From contig DATIKH010000080.1 of NCBI GenBank assembly GCA_035477775.1, positions 41-64,040 of the forward strand: 64,000 bases of DNA. The letters are read 5' to 3'. Positions 28,104 through 38,104 of the stretch are shown one piece after another. Numbering within the stretch: position 1 is the stretch's first letter; each line of letters starts with the position of its first letter. This stretch comes from Bacteroidales bacterium. Its GTDB lineage: Bacteria > Bacteroidota > Bacteroidia > Bacteroidales > UBA7960. A program made the translations under genes and the position numbers. The notes beneath the pieces are model-generated. The model searched no databases. It had not been told where the DNA came from and was given only the letters and a program-made list of their open reading frames with translations.

Positions 28104-29231
28104 ATGCCTGCAATGAAAAACCAGAATATTCCTTTGAAGTTGTTAACCCTTTTGTTTTTGATTTTTTTTTCCTGTTCCGAGCCAAAAGCAACCGTTACCA
28201 CCGACCCTGCCAATCTTAAGGTAGAAGTGGAAATAGATCCCCGGCAAAATGGAGGGATACGAATCGTAGCAACTGCAAATAATGCAACGGAGTACCAGCT
28301 TAGGATTGGAAATGCTCAGACCCCGCAGCAAACCAATACTACAGGAATTTTCAACCACACATTTCCTCAGAGCGGAACTTTCAATATTGATGTACGCGCA
28401 TTAGGAGCTAGTGGAAGGTTTCTCCGCGAAAGTTTCGATGTGAATATAGTCAACGCCATGCAGGAAGTCCCATTAACCCGTGGGTTCGTATCACCCCTCA
28501 CATATCCTGGGTTTACCCTTGTTTGGCAGGACGAGTTTAATGGCACTTCCATTAATACCGCCGATTGGAATTTTGAAATCGGCACCGGCGCCCCAGCACT
28601 AGTCGGTTGGGGTAATAACGAATTGCAATATTATCGCAGCCAAAATGCATGGGTTGCCAACGGAGTGCTAACGATTGAAGCCCGCAGGGAAAATTTTGGT
28701 GGGCAACAATTCACCTCAACCAGAATGACAACTCAGAGAAAGCGATCTTTCCAGTACGGACGCGTTGATATTCGGGCGCTTTTGCCAAAGGGACAGGGAA
28801 TGTGGCCGGCTCTGTGGATGTTGGGCGATGACATTACCACAGTTGGCTGGCCAAGGTGTGGTGAAATCGACATCATGGAAATGGTTGGTGGGGGAGGCAG
28901 AGAAAATACAGTACACGGTACTATTCACTGGCATGACGGGATTCGGCATGCAACAACCGGCTCACCCTTTAGATTGGCGCAAGGCACATTTTATGAGAGC
29001 TACCATGTGTTTTCACTTATCTGGGATCAGACGCATATCAGGTTTTTGGTTGACAATGTTCAATTTCGTGCTATAGATATCACTCTAGGCCACATGACCG
29101 AGTTTCACCAGCCATTCTTCTTTATTTTCAACATAGCTGTGGGAGGAAACTGGCCCGGAAGCCCCGATGGCACGACCATTTTTCCACAACAGTTGCGAGT
29201 TGACTACGTTCGGGTTTTCCAACGAAACTAA
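28104..29231 (+). CDS. GH16 endo-beta-1,3-glucanase (laminarinase-type)
   Basis: Lipobox FFSCSE. GH16 catalytic motif GEIDIMEM (ExDxxE) and WPALWMLG. An N-terminal ~110-aa extra domain precedes the catalytic domain. Confidence 0.88.
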   Translation: MPAMKNQNIPLKLLTLLFLIFFSCSEPKATVTTDPANLKVEVEIDPRQNGGIRIVATANNATEYQLRIGNAQTPQQTNTTGIFNHTFPQSGTFNIDVRALGASGRFLRESFDVNIVNAMQEVPLTRGFVSPLTYPGFTLVWQDEFNGTSINTADWNFEIGTGAPALVGWGNNELQYYRSQNAWVANGVLTIEARRENFGGQQFTSTRMTTQRKRSFQYGRVDIRALLPKGQGMWPALWMLGDDITTVGWPRCGEIDIMEMVGGGGRENTVHGTIHWHDGIRHATTGSPFRLAQGTFYESYHVFSLIWDQTHIRFLVDNVQFRAIDITLGHMTEFHQPFFFIFNIAVGGNWPGSPDGTTIFPQQLRVDYVRVFQRN

Positions 29232-29316
29232 CTTTACCCTGACGGTAACTTATCGAGACGAAAAGTCTTTTTTGTTTTCTATAATGAATTCATAAGCCCA
29301 CTAAACCCAATTCACT

Positions 29317-32300
29317 ATGAACAAAGCCATTTTTAAAATGATGCTTCTGCTGGCAAGTCTGTTTATGGCTACAGGCCTTCAGGGGCAAACTCTAGTAGGT
29401 GTGGTTACCGACGGCGAAACCGGCTTAACCTTACCCGGAGCGAGTGTAATGGTAAGAGGTACCACTTTAGGTACCATCACCGACCCAGCCGGAAATTATT
29501 CATTAAGCCTGGAGCCTGGCTCTTACACCATTTCTTTTCATTTTGTTGGGTACATCACAACAGAAATTCAGGTTACCCTTAGTCAAGGTGAAACCCTCAT
29601 GAGAAACATTACACTCCAACCCGAAGTTCACATTTTCGACGAATTTGTTGTGGTTGGTTACGGTACCCAGCTAAAAAGGGTTGTAACCGGAGCCATATCA
29701 CGGGTTGATGCCGAGGAAATCGCAGAAACCCCAATTTTGAGAGTTGAGCAAGCCTTGCAAGGGCGCACTGCAGGTGTATTGGTTACCAACCTTTCAGGCC
29801 AACCTGGTGAACCGCCAACTGTGCGCGTCAGAGGAACCGGGACAACCGGTGATGCTGCGCCTCTGTTTATTGTTGATGGAATGGCCGTTGGGGGTATCGA
29901 GTTTTTAAACCCCAACGATATTGAGTCCATAGAAGTTCTCAAAGATGCTGCATCTGCTGCAATCTATGGCGCCAGGGCAGCCAACGGGGTAATCCTGATT
30001 ACCACCAAAAGACCTTCAAGGGGAGATATGACGGTAACCTATTCCGGATACCTTGGTTTTCAAAATGTTGCCCGAACCTTGGATTTGCTTGATGCAGATC
30101 AATACCGCATGATGATGAACGAAGGTGCACGCAATGCGGGGCTGACAGAACCTTTCAACCTCGCCGAGATTCCGGCTTTTAACACCGATTGGCAGGATGC
30201 AATGTTTACCTCAAACGCTCCCATGGTCAACCACAATTTATCGGTTTCGGGTGGTACTGAGAGGTCTTCGTATTTCTCCTCGCTCTCATACTTCTCCCAG
30301 CAAGGAATCATCGGAGGTGAAAATTCCCATTTCGAACGTATTTCTGCCAGGCTAAATACCAGCCACACCGTAAATGACTTTATGAATTTCGGGAGCAATT
30401 TTGCCTACACACATACATTTCAAAGAGGCATTGCCTCCAATACTTCCTTTAATGGGGCCTTCAGCAGTGCTCTGAATCTTGATCCGCTAACGCCCCTCTT
30501 CGAAACCCGACCAAACATTTTGGCTGCGGCCCCTTATGCAACCGAACCTGTGGTAAGAGACAAGGACGGCAATGTGTTTGGCATTTCGACACTTGTAGGC
30601 GCTGAAATTGTTAATCCGGCAGCTATGTTGGCCATTCAGACCGGCGAAACCCGTGTTGACAAGCTGGTTGGTAAAGTGTATGGCGAATTGGAGTTGTTGG
30701 AAGGACTCCGATTCAACTCGAATGTATCAATGGATTTGGCGTTCTTGATCAACGACGATCATGACCCGTTATTCTTTCTGAATCACGCCCAGCGCAACAC
30801 CGAAAGAACTGCCGTTAGCAAAACGATAAACCGTTGGTTCACCTGGCAGTGGGAGAATACCTTGTCGTGGAACAGAAGTATTAACGACCACAATATTTCT
30901 GCTTTGGCAGGAGTCTCTGCAAGGAAACTCAATTTCGAAAATCTATATGGATTTAATTCCAGGGTTCCAATTCTGGATCCAAGGCATGTTTATCTGAACA
31001 TGGCATTAGACACCATGTGGGTAGCCACCGGCGGGGCAGGCCATCATGCATTGCTCTCACAATTTGCCCGCGTAATGTACGACTACAAGCGTCGTTACGC
31101 TATTACTGCAATTATTCGCCGCGACGGTTCGTCACGGTTTGGGCCACAGAACCGTTTCGGTATATTCCCTTCGTTGGGCGTAAGTTGGGTTATCAGTGAT
31201 GAGCCATTTTTCCCTGAAATCAACAACCTTGATATATTAAGGATCAGGGCATCATGGGGCATCAATGGCAATGAGAACATTGGTGATTTTCAGTATATTT
31301 CTGCAATCAGGACAGGCGCCCTCGGCTATATTTTTGGAGGAGGACGCAGTATTGGTGCCATACCGGCATTTATGGAAAATCAGGAAATTCGCTGGGAGCA
31401 GTCCGAGATGATCGATGTAGGGTTGGAGTGGGGAGCCTTTAACAACCGCCTTACCGGTGTATTAAACTTTTATGAAAGAAACACCGGAGGCCTGTTGGAA
31501 AGAGTTCCTATTCCGGCGCACGTAGGCAACGACCCACCGTTTGCCAATGTGGGCAGTGTTATGAACCGCGGCGTGGAGTTTTCGCTCGACTGGCGGAACT
31601 ACACACCCAATTTCTCCTATTCTATGGGGTTCAATATAGCATATAATCAAAACAAGATCACCCATATCGGAAATGAACAAGGCGTGTTGCCAGGTGCCAG
31701 CTGGGCGATTGCAGGAATGGTTACCCGTGGAGAGGTAGGCCAGCCTATTGGGTATTTTTGGGGATACAAAACCAACGGACTCTTTCAGAACCAGGCTGAT
31801 GTGTTCAGGCATGTAAACAGTGCCGGCCATATGCTTCAGCCCAATGCCCGACCGGGAGATGTACGGTTTGTTGATTTTGACCGCGATGGAGCAATTACCC
31901 CTGCTGACCGTACCAAGATCGGAAACCCAATCCCAGATTGGACTTTCGGCTACAATGCAAGTTTCAGTTATAGGAATTTCGACCTTTCCATGCTAATCAT
32001 CGGAACCTTAGGCAACGACATTTTCAATGGAATGATTCGTCAGGACTTGCGTTTTACAAATCGTACCACTGAGATACTTGAAAGATGGACAGGCGAAGGC
32101 ACTTCGAACCGAATTCCCAGATTTACCTGGATTGATACCAATCACAATTACAGGGTGTCGGATATTTACATTGAGGATGGATCCTTTTTGCGGATGCGCA
32201 ATCTTCAATTAGGGTACACCATTCCCAGCACCCTGCTGAATCGAATCCGTGCCAGCAGTTGGAGGATTTATGTTTCCGTAGAAAATCTTTTCACATTGAC

Positions 32301-32418
32301 GCGGTACACAGGTGCTGATCCCGAAATCGGGGCTATGAGTCCTTTCAACGCCGGCATCGACAGGGGTGTTTACCCCCATGCCAGGACATTCCGTGTTGGT
32401 ACCTCCATTTCTTTCTAA
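29317..32418 (+). CDS. susC: SusC-family TonB-dependent transporter
   Basis: 1033 aa. Carboxypeptidase-regulatory-like N-terminal domain (VGVVTDGETGLTLPGASVMVRGT), plug (VVVGYGTQLKRVVTGAISRV), C-terminal barrel ending ...FRVGTSISF. Confidence 0.93.
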   Translation: MNKAIFKMMLLLASLFMATGLQGQTLVGVVTDGETGLTLPGASVMVRGTTLGTITDPAGNYSLSLEPGSYTISFHFVGYITTEIQVTLSQGETLMRNITLQPEVHIFDEFVVVGYGTQLKRVVTGAISRVDAEEIAETPILRVEQALQGRTAGVLVTNLSGQPGEPPTVRVRGTGTTGDAAPLFIVDGMAVGGIEFLNPNDIESIEVLKDAASAAIYGARAANGVILITTKRPSRGDMTVTYSGYLGFQNVARTLDLLDADQYRMMMNEGARNAGLTEPFNLAEIPAFNTDWQDAMFTSNAPMVNHNLSVSGGTERSSYFSSLSYFSQQGIIGGENSHFERISARLNTSHTVNDFMNFGSNFAYTHTFQRGIASNTSFNGAFSSALNLDPLTPLFETRPNILAAAPYATEPVVRDKDGNVFGISTLVGAEIVNPAAMLAIQTGETRVDKLVGKVYGELELLEGLRFNSNVSMDLAFLINDDHDPLFFLNHAQRNTERTAVSKTINRWFTWQWENTLSWNRSINDHNISALAGVSARKLNFENLYGFNSRVPILDPRHVYLNMALDTMWVATGGAGHHALLSQFARVMYDYKRRYAITAIIRRDGSSRFGPQNRFGIFPSLGVSWVISDEPFFPEINNLDILRIRASWGINGNENIGDFQYISAIRTGALGYIFGGGRSIGAIPAFMENQEIRWEQSEMIDVGLEWGAFNNRLTGVLNFYERNTGGLLERVPIPAHVGNDPPFANVGSVMNRGVEFSLDWRNYTPNFSYSMGFNIAYNQNKITHIGNEQGVLPGASWAIAGMVTRGEVGQPIGYFWGYKTNGLFQNQADVFRHVNSAGHMLQPNARPGDVRFVDFDRDGAITPADRTKIGNPIPDWTFGYNASFSYRNFDLSMLIIGTLGNDIFNGMIRQDLRFTNRTTEILERWTGEGTSNRIPRFTWIDTNHNYRVSDIYIEDGSFLRMRNLQLGYTIPSTLLNRIRASSWRIYVSVENLFTLTRYTGADPEIGAMSPFNAGIDRGVYPHARTFRVGTSISF

Positions 32419-32435
32419 CCTAAAGACATTGTAAG

Positions 32436-33989
32436 ATGAAGAATCGTTTTTCAAAAATAGGAAAGCTGCTTGTAGTTCTGTTTGCTCTGAGTGCTTGCAA
32501 CGAAGATTTTCTTGACCTACAGCCTCTCGACCAGGTTTTAACTACAAATTTTTACCAAACCGAGGAACAAGCATTTCAAGCCCTTGTGGCCGTGTACGAT
32601 GCGCTAACATATCAAGCTGCTCCCGGGGTTGCCTGGGCGCCTTTTGTTACCGTTGCTGATATGCTTTCGGATGATGCCTATGCCGGTGGGGGTGATGCAA
32701 ACGACGGTATGGTAGCAAGCGAATTGAACACTCACAGGATTGCCACAACCAATCCGATGGTGCATTCTATCTGGATTAGCAATTATGTTGGGATTTACCG
32801 GGCAAACCTTTTTCTGGAAATTATCGACAGGATAAATGCACCTGCGGCATTTAAAGAAAGGACTATTGCAGAAGCAAAATTTTTAAGGGCATATTTTTAT
32901 CTGGAGCTGGTCAGGTTCTTCGAGAATATTCCCCTTTTAACCCGCACCCTGAAAAGTCCCTCTGAGTATAATATTTCGCAAAGTCCTCCCCGCGATGTAT
33001 ACAATCAGATTGCATTAGACTTGGTAGAGGCTATGGAAGATCTTCCCAGAACACTGGCTGCGGGTGAGCAAGGGCGTATTACCCGTTGGGCTGCACAAGC
33101 TTTGTTGGCAAGGACTTTCCTGTTTTACAACGGTGTTTATGGTGGCGACCTGCAGGCAGGTACTACATTGGTTAACAGGGCATTCGTGCTTCAACAACTC
33201 GAAGATTTGATAGCCAACAGCGGTCACGACCTTTTCCCGCAATTTGCGCAAAACTTCAGACTGGAAGGTGAATTTGGGGTAGAATCGGTGTTCGAAATTT
33301 CCTATGGCGACACTCCCGCATGGTGGGACTGGGGTTATGTGCGCGGAGGAAGCGGCAACCTGGCTGCTCAGATGCAGGGTCCTCGTGTTTCAGGATCGAC
33401 AACATTTAACCGCGGTTGGAGTTTCGCACCAGTAAGTCATAAGCTGTTTGAGTTTTTCGGGAACGACCCGAGGAGGCCACATACAATCCTTCTTGAGCAG
33501 GAAATCGTTGGAACCCTTGACCGGGGATATCAACACACCGGATACTTTTCGCGCAAATATACCTCTGATTCTCAGCATTGGGGTACAGGCCAGCTTGAAT
33601 TGAACCGGACTGTAAATCACCGGGTAATCCGTTTCTCCGATGTGCTCCTCATGGCAGCCGAGTTGGGCAGTCCAAACGCACAGCAATATCTCGACAGGGT
33701 ACGAGCCAGGGTTGGACTACCAAGCGTTCCGGTTAATCTTGCCAATATTCTTCGTGAAAGAAGACTCGAGCTCTCTCTTGAAGGTATCCGCTATTTCGAC
33801 CTCCTCAGGCAAGGAATGACCGTAGCCAGCCAGGAACTTAACATGACTGGTGTAAGGGGGCCTCGCTATATTGGAGACCAGTCGATTTTCAATGTAACCT
33901 TTAATCCGGCTACGCGTGGTTTTCTTCCAATACCGCAAACCGAAATTGACCTTTCAGGTGGTGTGTTGGTTCAAAACAGAGGATTTTGA
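32436..33989 (+). CDS. susD: SusD/RagB-family nutrient-binding lipoprotein
   Basis: Lipobox LSACNEDFLDLQP, TPR-like SusD blocks, 17 nt after susC. Confidence 0.92.
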   Translation: MKNRFSKIGKLLVVLFALSACNEDFLDLQPLDQVLTTNFYQTEEQAFQALVAVYDALTYQAAPGVAWAPFVTVADMLSDDAYAGGGDANDGMVASELNTHRIATTNPMVHSIWISNYVGIYRANLFLEIIDRINAPAAFKERTIAEAKFLRAYFYLELVRFFENIPLLTRTLKSPSEYNISQSPPRDVYNQIALDLVEAMEDLPRTLAAGEQGRITRWAAQALLARTFLFYNGVYGGDLQAGTTLVNRAFVLQQLEDLIANSGHDLFPQFAQNFRLEGEFGVESVFEISYGDTPAWWDWGYVRGGSGNLAAQMQGPRVSGSTTFNRGWSFAPVSHKLFEFFGNDPRRPHTILLEQEIVGTLDRGYQHTGYFSRKYTSDSQHWGTGQLELNRTVNHRVIRFSDVLLMAAELGSPNAQQYLDRVRARVGLPSVPVNLANILRERRLELSLEGIRYFDLLRQGMTVASQELNMTGVRGPRYIGDQSIFNVTFNPATRGFLPIPQTEIDLSGGVLVQNRGF

Positions 33990-34018
33990 CCCGTAGGGTC
34001 AAAATCCTCTTTGTTTTT
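33978..34018 (+). terminator. Strong Rho-independent terminator overlapping the susD stop codon
   Basis: Perfect 15-bp stem AGAGGATTTTGACCC / GGGTCAAAATCCTCT, loop GTA, tail TTGTTTTT. Confidence 0.8.
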
Positions 34019-34191
34019 GGCAAAGTGATTTTTGGGCCAGGGATGAGTAAACGGGAACTCTATTAAATGATTATGGTCCTAGGGTCTTTTGTCAAAAAGG
34101 GAGGTGTTCAGTAAAATGATTAACAGTTCATATTTAGGGAAGGCTTTTAAGCCGGATCCCCTTGGTTTGAATTTCTAAAAAATAAAACTTA

Positions 34192-36435
34192 ATGAAAGTG
34201 AAGATGCTTTTCAGGGTAATGTTGGTAATATCAATTGTGGGATTGATCGCATGCCAGAGGCAGCCCAATGACCCCATCGGTGCAAAAGTTGAAAATCTGC
34301 TCGCACAAATGACCCTCGAAGAAAAAATTGGGCAATTGGTTAAAAAGAATGGCGACTATCCAAATTTACAGGGCTTAATTCGCCAGGGTTCAATCGGTGC
34401 AGTGCTCAATGAACCGAATCCTGAGAGGGTATATGAACTGCAGCGGATCGCCGTTGAAGAGAGCCGCCTTGGGATACCACTTTTGGTTGGGCGCGATGTA
34501 ATTCATGGGTTCAGAACCATTTTTCCTATTCCCTTGGGTCAGGCTGCCAGCTGGAATCCAGGGTTGGTTGAGCAGGGAGCTCGTATTGCAGCAGTTGAAG
34601 CAGCTTCACAAGGTATCAACTGGACTTTTGCTCCAATGATTGATGTTACCCGCGACCCCCGTTGGGGACGGATTGCAGAGAGCTTTGGCGAAGACCCTTA
34701 TCTTACAGGGGTTATGGGAGCTGCAAAAGTAAGGGGATTTCAGGGCGATTCACTTTCGGCACCCGATGCGATCGCTGCATGCCTTAAGCATTTTGCTGCA
34801 TATGGATGGGCCGAAGGCGGCCGCGACTACAATACCGTGAGCATACCCTATAATGAACTTCATGATGTGGTGCTGCGGCCATTTAAAATGAGCCTTGAAG
34901 CTGGTGCGGCAACTATTATGACTGCATTTAACGAGATAAACGGTATTCCAGCAACTGGGCATATACCCCTGTTGCGCGATGTGTTAAGAACCCAGTGGGG
35001 TTTCGACGGGGTACTCCTTTCGGATTGGAATTCAGTTACCGAGATGATTGTTCATGGCTTTACCCCGAACCAGAAAGAAGCGGCCTATATGGCCATGCAG
35101 GCCACTGTGGATGTAGAAATGACCAGCCCGGCATATCAATCCTATTTGGCGCAACTTATAAGCGAAGGACGTATATCCGAAAAACAGGTTGACGATGCGG
35201 TGAGGAGGGTATTGAGGTTGAAATTTGAACTTGGACTTTTCGATAACCCATTCAAATTTAAAGGTGATTTTCCTCCGTTATTAGCTCCAGAGCATCTTGA
35301 AGCATCGAAACAAATGGCTATCGAAAGTGTGGTTATGCTCAAAAATGAAAACGCATTGCCAGTTTCGACCAATATTCGCCGTCTGGCTGTAATAGGCCCC
35401 CTGGCCAATGCACCCCACGAACAACTGGGTACCTGGATTTTTGATGGCAGGAAAGAAAACTCTGTTACACCACTTCAATCAATTCAGGAGCTCGGAAGTG
35501 AACAGGGTTTCACAGTACAGTATCACCGCGCTTTAGAAACTAGCCGATCGCACCAGATTATGAATCCCGCAGCAATTTTGCGCGATGTGGAAAGGGCAGA
35601 TGCAGTACTCCTCTTTTTAGGGGAAGAATCCATACTTTCAGGTGAAGGAAAAAGCTTAGCAAATATTAACCTTCAGGGAGCACAGGAGGAGCTTGTAAGG
35701 CTTGTGGCTTCTAAAGGCACTCCCGTTATAGGTATCATCATGGCTGGTCGCCCAGTTACTTTCGAAAAAGTAAAACCATACATGGATGCTGTGCTATACG
35801 CATGGCACCCAGGCACCATGGCAGGGCCTGCACTTGCCGATTTAATTTTCGGAAAGGTTTCTCCATCAGGTAAATTGCCGGTTACATTTCCGCGACATGT
35901 AGGTCAGATCCCGATTTACTACAACCATAAGAATACAGGAAGGCCTCCAAGCCATGAGACCTTTGTGCACATGTACGATATACCTGTAGAAGCGTTTCAA
36001 TTCTCGTTGGGAACTACATCTCATTACCTTGATTATGGTTTCGAGCCGATGTTTCCCTTTGGTTTTGGTCTGACCTATTCTTCCTTTGAGATTACAAATG
36101 TTCAACTCGAAAACAACCAACTTAGGGTTGGAGACAATATCAGGGTAACATTTACGCTCAAAAATACAGGGAATATGCAAGCTGCTGAGGTAGTTCAGCT
36201 ATACACCCGCCAGCTTTTTGGTTCCCGCACACGGCCGGTCAAGGAGCTTAGGGCATTTCAGAAAGTAAAACTAGAACCTGGCGAACAACAAGATCTACAG
36301 TTTAAGGTCAATACCAAAGAACTGGGCTTCCACAACCCGCAAATGCAACTGGTAACTGAGCCCGGTCAATACCGACTTTGGGTTGGCAACTGTTCTCAGT
36401 CCGGCATTATGAAAGAATTTGAAATCATTGAATAA
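34192..36435 (+). CDS. GH3 beta-glucosidase
   Basis: Lipobox GLIAC. GH3 blocks GRDVIHGF, KHFAAYG, nucleophile region GVLLSDWNS. C-terminal fibronectin-like domain. Confidence 0.9.
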   Translation: MKVKMLFRVMLVISIVGLIACQRQPNDPIGAKVENLLAQMTLEEKIGQLVKKNGDYPNLQGLIRQGSIGAVLNEPNPERVYELQRIAVEESRLGIPLLVGRDVIHGFRTIFPIPLGQAASWNPGLVEQGARIAAVEAASQGINWTFAPMIDVTRDPRWGRIAESFGEDPYLTGVMGAAKVRGFQGDSLSAPDAIAACLKHFAAYGWAEGGRDYNTVSIPYNELHDVVLRPFKMSLEAGAATIMTAFNEINGIPATGHIPLLRDVLRTQWGFDGVLLSDWNSVTEMIVHGFTPNQKEAAYMAMQATVDVEMTSPAYQSYLAQLISEGRISEKQVDDAVRRVLRLKFELGLFDNPFKFKGDFPPLLAPEHLEASKQMAIESVVMLKNENALPVSTNIRRLAVIGPLANAPHEQLGTWIFDGRKENSVTPLQSIQELGSEQGFTVQYHRALETSRSHQIMNPAAILRDVERADAVLLFLGEESILSGEGKSLANINLQGAQEELVRLVASKGTPVIGIIMAGRPVTFEKVKPYMDAVLYAWHPGTMAGPALADLIFGKVSPSGKLPVTFPRHVGQIPIYYNHKNTGRPPSHETFVHMYDIPVEAFQFSLGTTSHYLDYGFEPMFPFGFGLTYSSFEITNVQLENNQLRVGDNIRVTFTLKNTGNMQAAEVVQLYTRQLFGSRTRPVKELRAFQKVKLEPGEQQDLQFKVNTKELGFHNPQMQLVTEPGQYRLWVGNCSQSGIMKEFEIIE

Positions 36436-36464
36436 ACATTTTTTTAAAAATTTTTACCAGGATT

Positions 36465-38036
36465 ATGTCAAAAAAACTGTACACCATATTCATCTCGCTC
36501 ATTGTAGCCTTGGGTGGATTCCTGCTGGGTTTCGACAGCGCTGTAATCTCCGGAGCTATGCCCTATTATCGCGTAACCTTCGGACTCGAATCCGGCTCCA
36601 TGCTTCTAGGTTTCTCAGTCAGTTCGCTGATTTTGGGGGCAATTTTTGGCAATATTGTTGCCGGATCACTTGCCGATTATTTTGGGCGAAGCAAAGTTTT
36701 GAGGCTAACCGCAATACTTTTTGCGGTTAGTGCAATCAGTTCGGCCTTAGCTTTCGATATTACAAGTTTTATCATAGCCCGAATTGTGGGAGGTATCGGA
36801 GTGGGTATGGCAATTCTGATAGCGCCCATGTACATAGCTGAAATATCGCCCCGTAAGATGCGGGGAACGTTGGTTACCTTCAATCAACTCAACATCGTGT
36901 TGGGCATTTCCATAGCCTATTTCTCGAACCTTTATTTTCAGCAAGCCATTGCAGATCCCGATTTGAAGTGGAGGGTGATGCTTGGTGTTGAGGCAATTCC
37001 TGCGATCCTTTATTTGGTCCTCCTTTTCTTTGTACCCATGAGCCCCAGGTGGCTCATGCAAAAGCAACGTAATGAAGAAGCTAAGATCGTTCTTTTGAAA
37101 ATTCATGGACAGGAAGAAGCTGAGGTGGAGTATAGTGAAATTGATAGCAACCTGAATGAAGAAATCAATAAAGAAAAGGCGCGATGGGCCGATGTGTTCT
37201 CAAAGCGAATGAAGTTGGTGCTCATCATTGGTTTTGGAATCGCATTTTTCCAGCAAATAACAGGTATCAATGCCATTTTCTATTACGCTCCAATGATTTT
37301 CGAGATGGCGGGGGGAGGCAGGGATGCAGCCTTTATGCAAGCAGCTATTCTTGGAGTTACCAACGTGGTAATGACCATCGTTGCAATGTTTCTGATTGAC
37401 CGTCTTGGCCGAAAACCCCTGCTGTATATCGGTGCGACCGGAATATGCTTGTCTCTGGCCCTTGTAAGTTTCTCATTTTACAAAGCCCAATATGTGATAA
37501 ACTCCGAAACTATGCAAAGCCTTATGGCCGAAGTACACGAGAATGGTACAGCTCCGGAACATATTGCCAGAATCCAAAAACTTGAAGATTTAGCAGGTAG
37601 TGAATTCGATAATGAACTGGATTTCTTTTCAAAAGTTTACGATACAGTAGGGTCGGATACCTACCAGGCGTACCGGGATGTTATAATGCGACATTCGATT
37701 ACAATCAACAGTATTTTGGTGCTGATTGGCCTTATTATGTTTGTTGCCTCCTTTGCCATTTCAATGGGGCCGGTCATGTGGGCGCTGCTTTCTGAGATTT
37801 TTCCAAACAAGCTCCGTGGCCTTGCTATTTCCATTGTGGGATTCTGGAATTCAATCGTGAGTTTTTCGGTTGCAACGATTTTTCCGGTGCAATTAGAACT
37901 TTTAGGATCAACCGCCACTTACCTGATTTATTCAATTTTTGGGCTTCTCTCGCTGATCTTCGTCTGGCGGTTTGTACCCGAAACAAAGGGTAAATCATTA
38001 GAAGAACTTGAGAAAACCCTTACCGGCAAATCTTAA
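36465..38036 (+). CDS. Sugar-porter family MFS transporter
   Basis: 12-TM pattern with GFDSAVISGA, GRSKVL, PMYIAEISPRKMRG, PESPRW-like PMSPRWL, and PETKGKSLEELE at the C-terminus. Carries a ~70-aa hydrophilic insert (residues ~339-412). Confidence 0.9.
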   Translation: MSKKLYTIFISLIVALGGFLLGFDSAVISGAMPYYRVTFGLESGSMLLGFSVSSLILGAIFGNIVAGSLADYFGRSKVLRLTAILFAVSAISSALAFDITSFIIARIVGGIGVGMAILIAPMYIAEISPRKMRGTLVTFNQLNIVLGISIAYFSNLYFQQAIADPDLKWRVMLGVEAIPAILYLVLLFFVPMSPRWLMQKQRNEEAKIVLLKIHGQEEAEVEYSEIDSNLNEEINKEKARWADVFSKRMKLVLIIGFGIAFFQQITGINAIFYYAPMIFEMAGGGRDAAFMQAAILGVTNVVMTIVAMFLIDRLGRKPLLYIGATGICLSLALVSFSFYKAQYVINSETMQSLMAEVHENGTAPEHIARIQKLEDLAGSEFDNELDFFSKVYDTVGSDTYQAYRDVIMRHSITINSILVLIGLIMFVASFAISMGPVMWALLSEIFPNKLRGLAISIVGFWNSIVSFSVATIFPVQLELLGSTATYLIYSIFGLLSLIFVWRFVPETKGKSLEELEKTLTGKS

Positions 38037-38104
38037 GTTAATTTTTGAGAAAAGCATTCATCGATCCCATTTGTCAATGTTTTAATTTTTTAAATTGACC
38101 CAAT

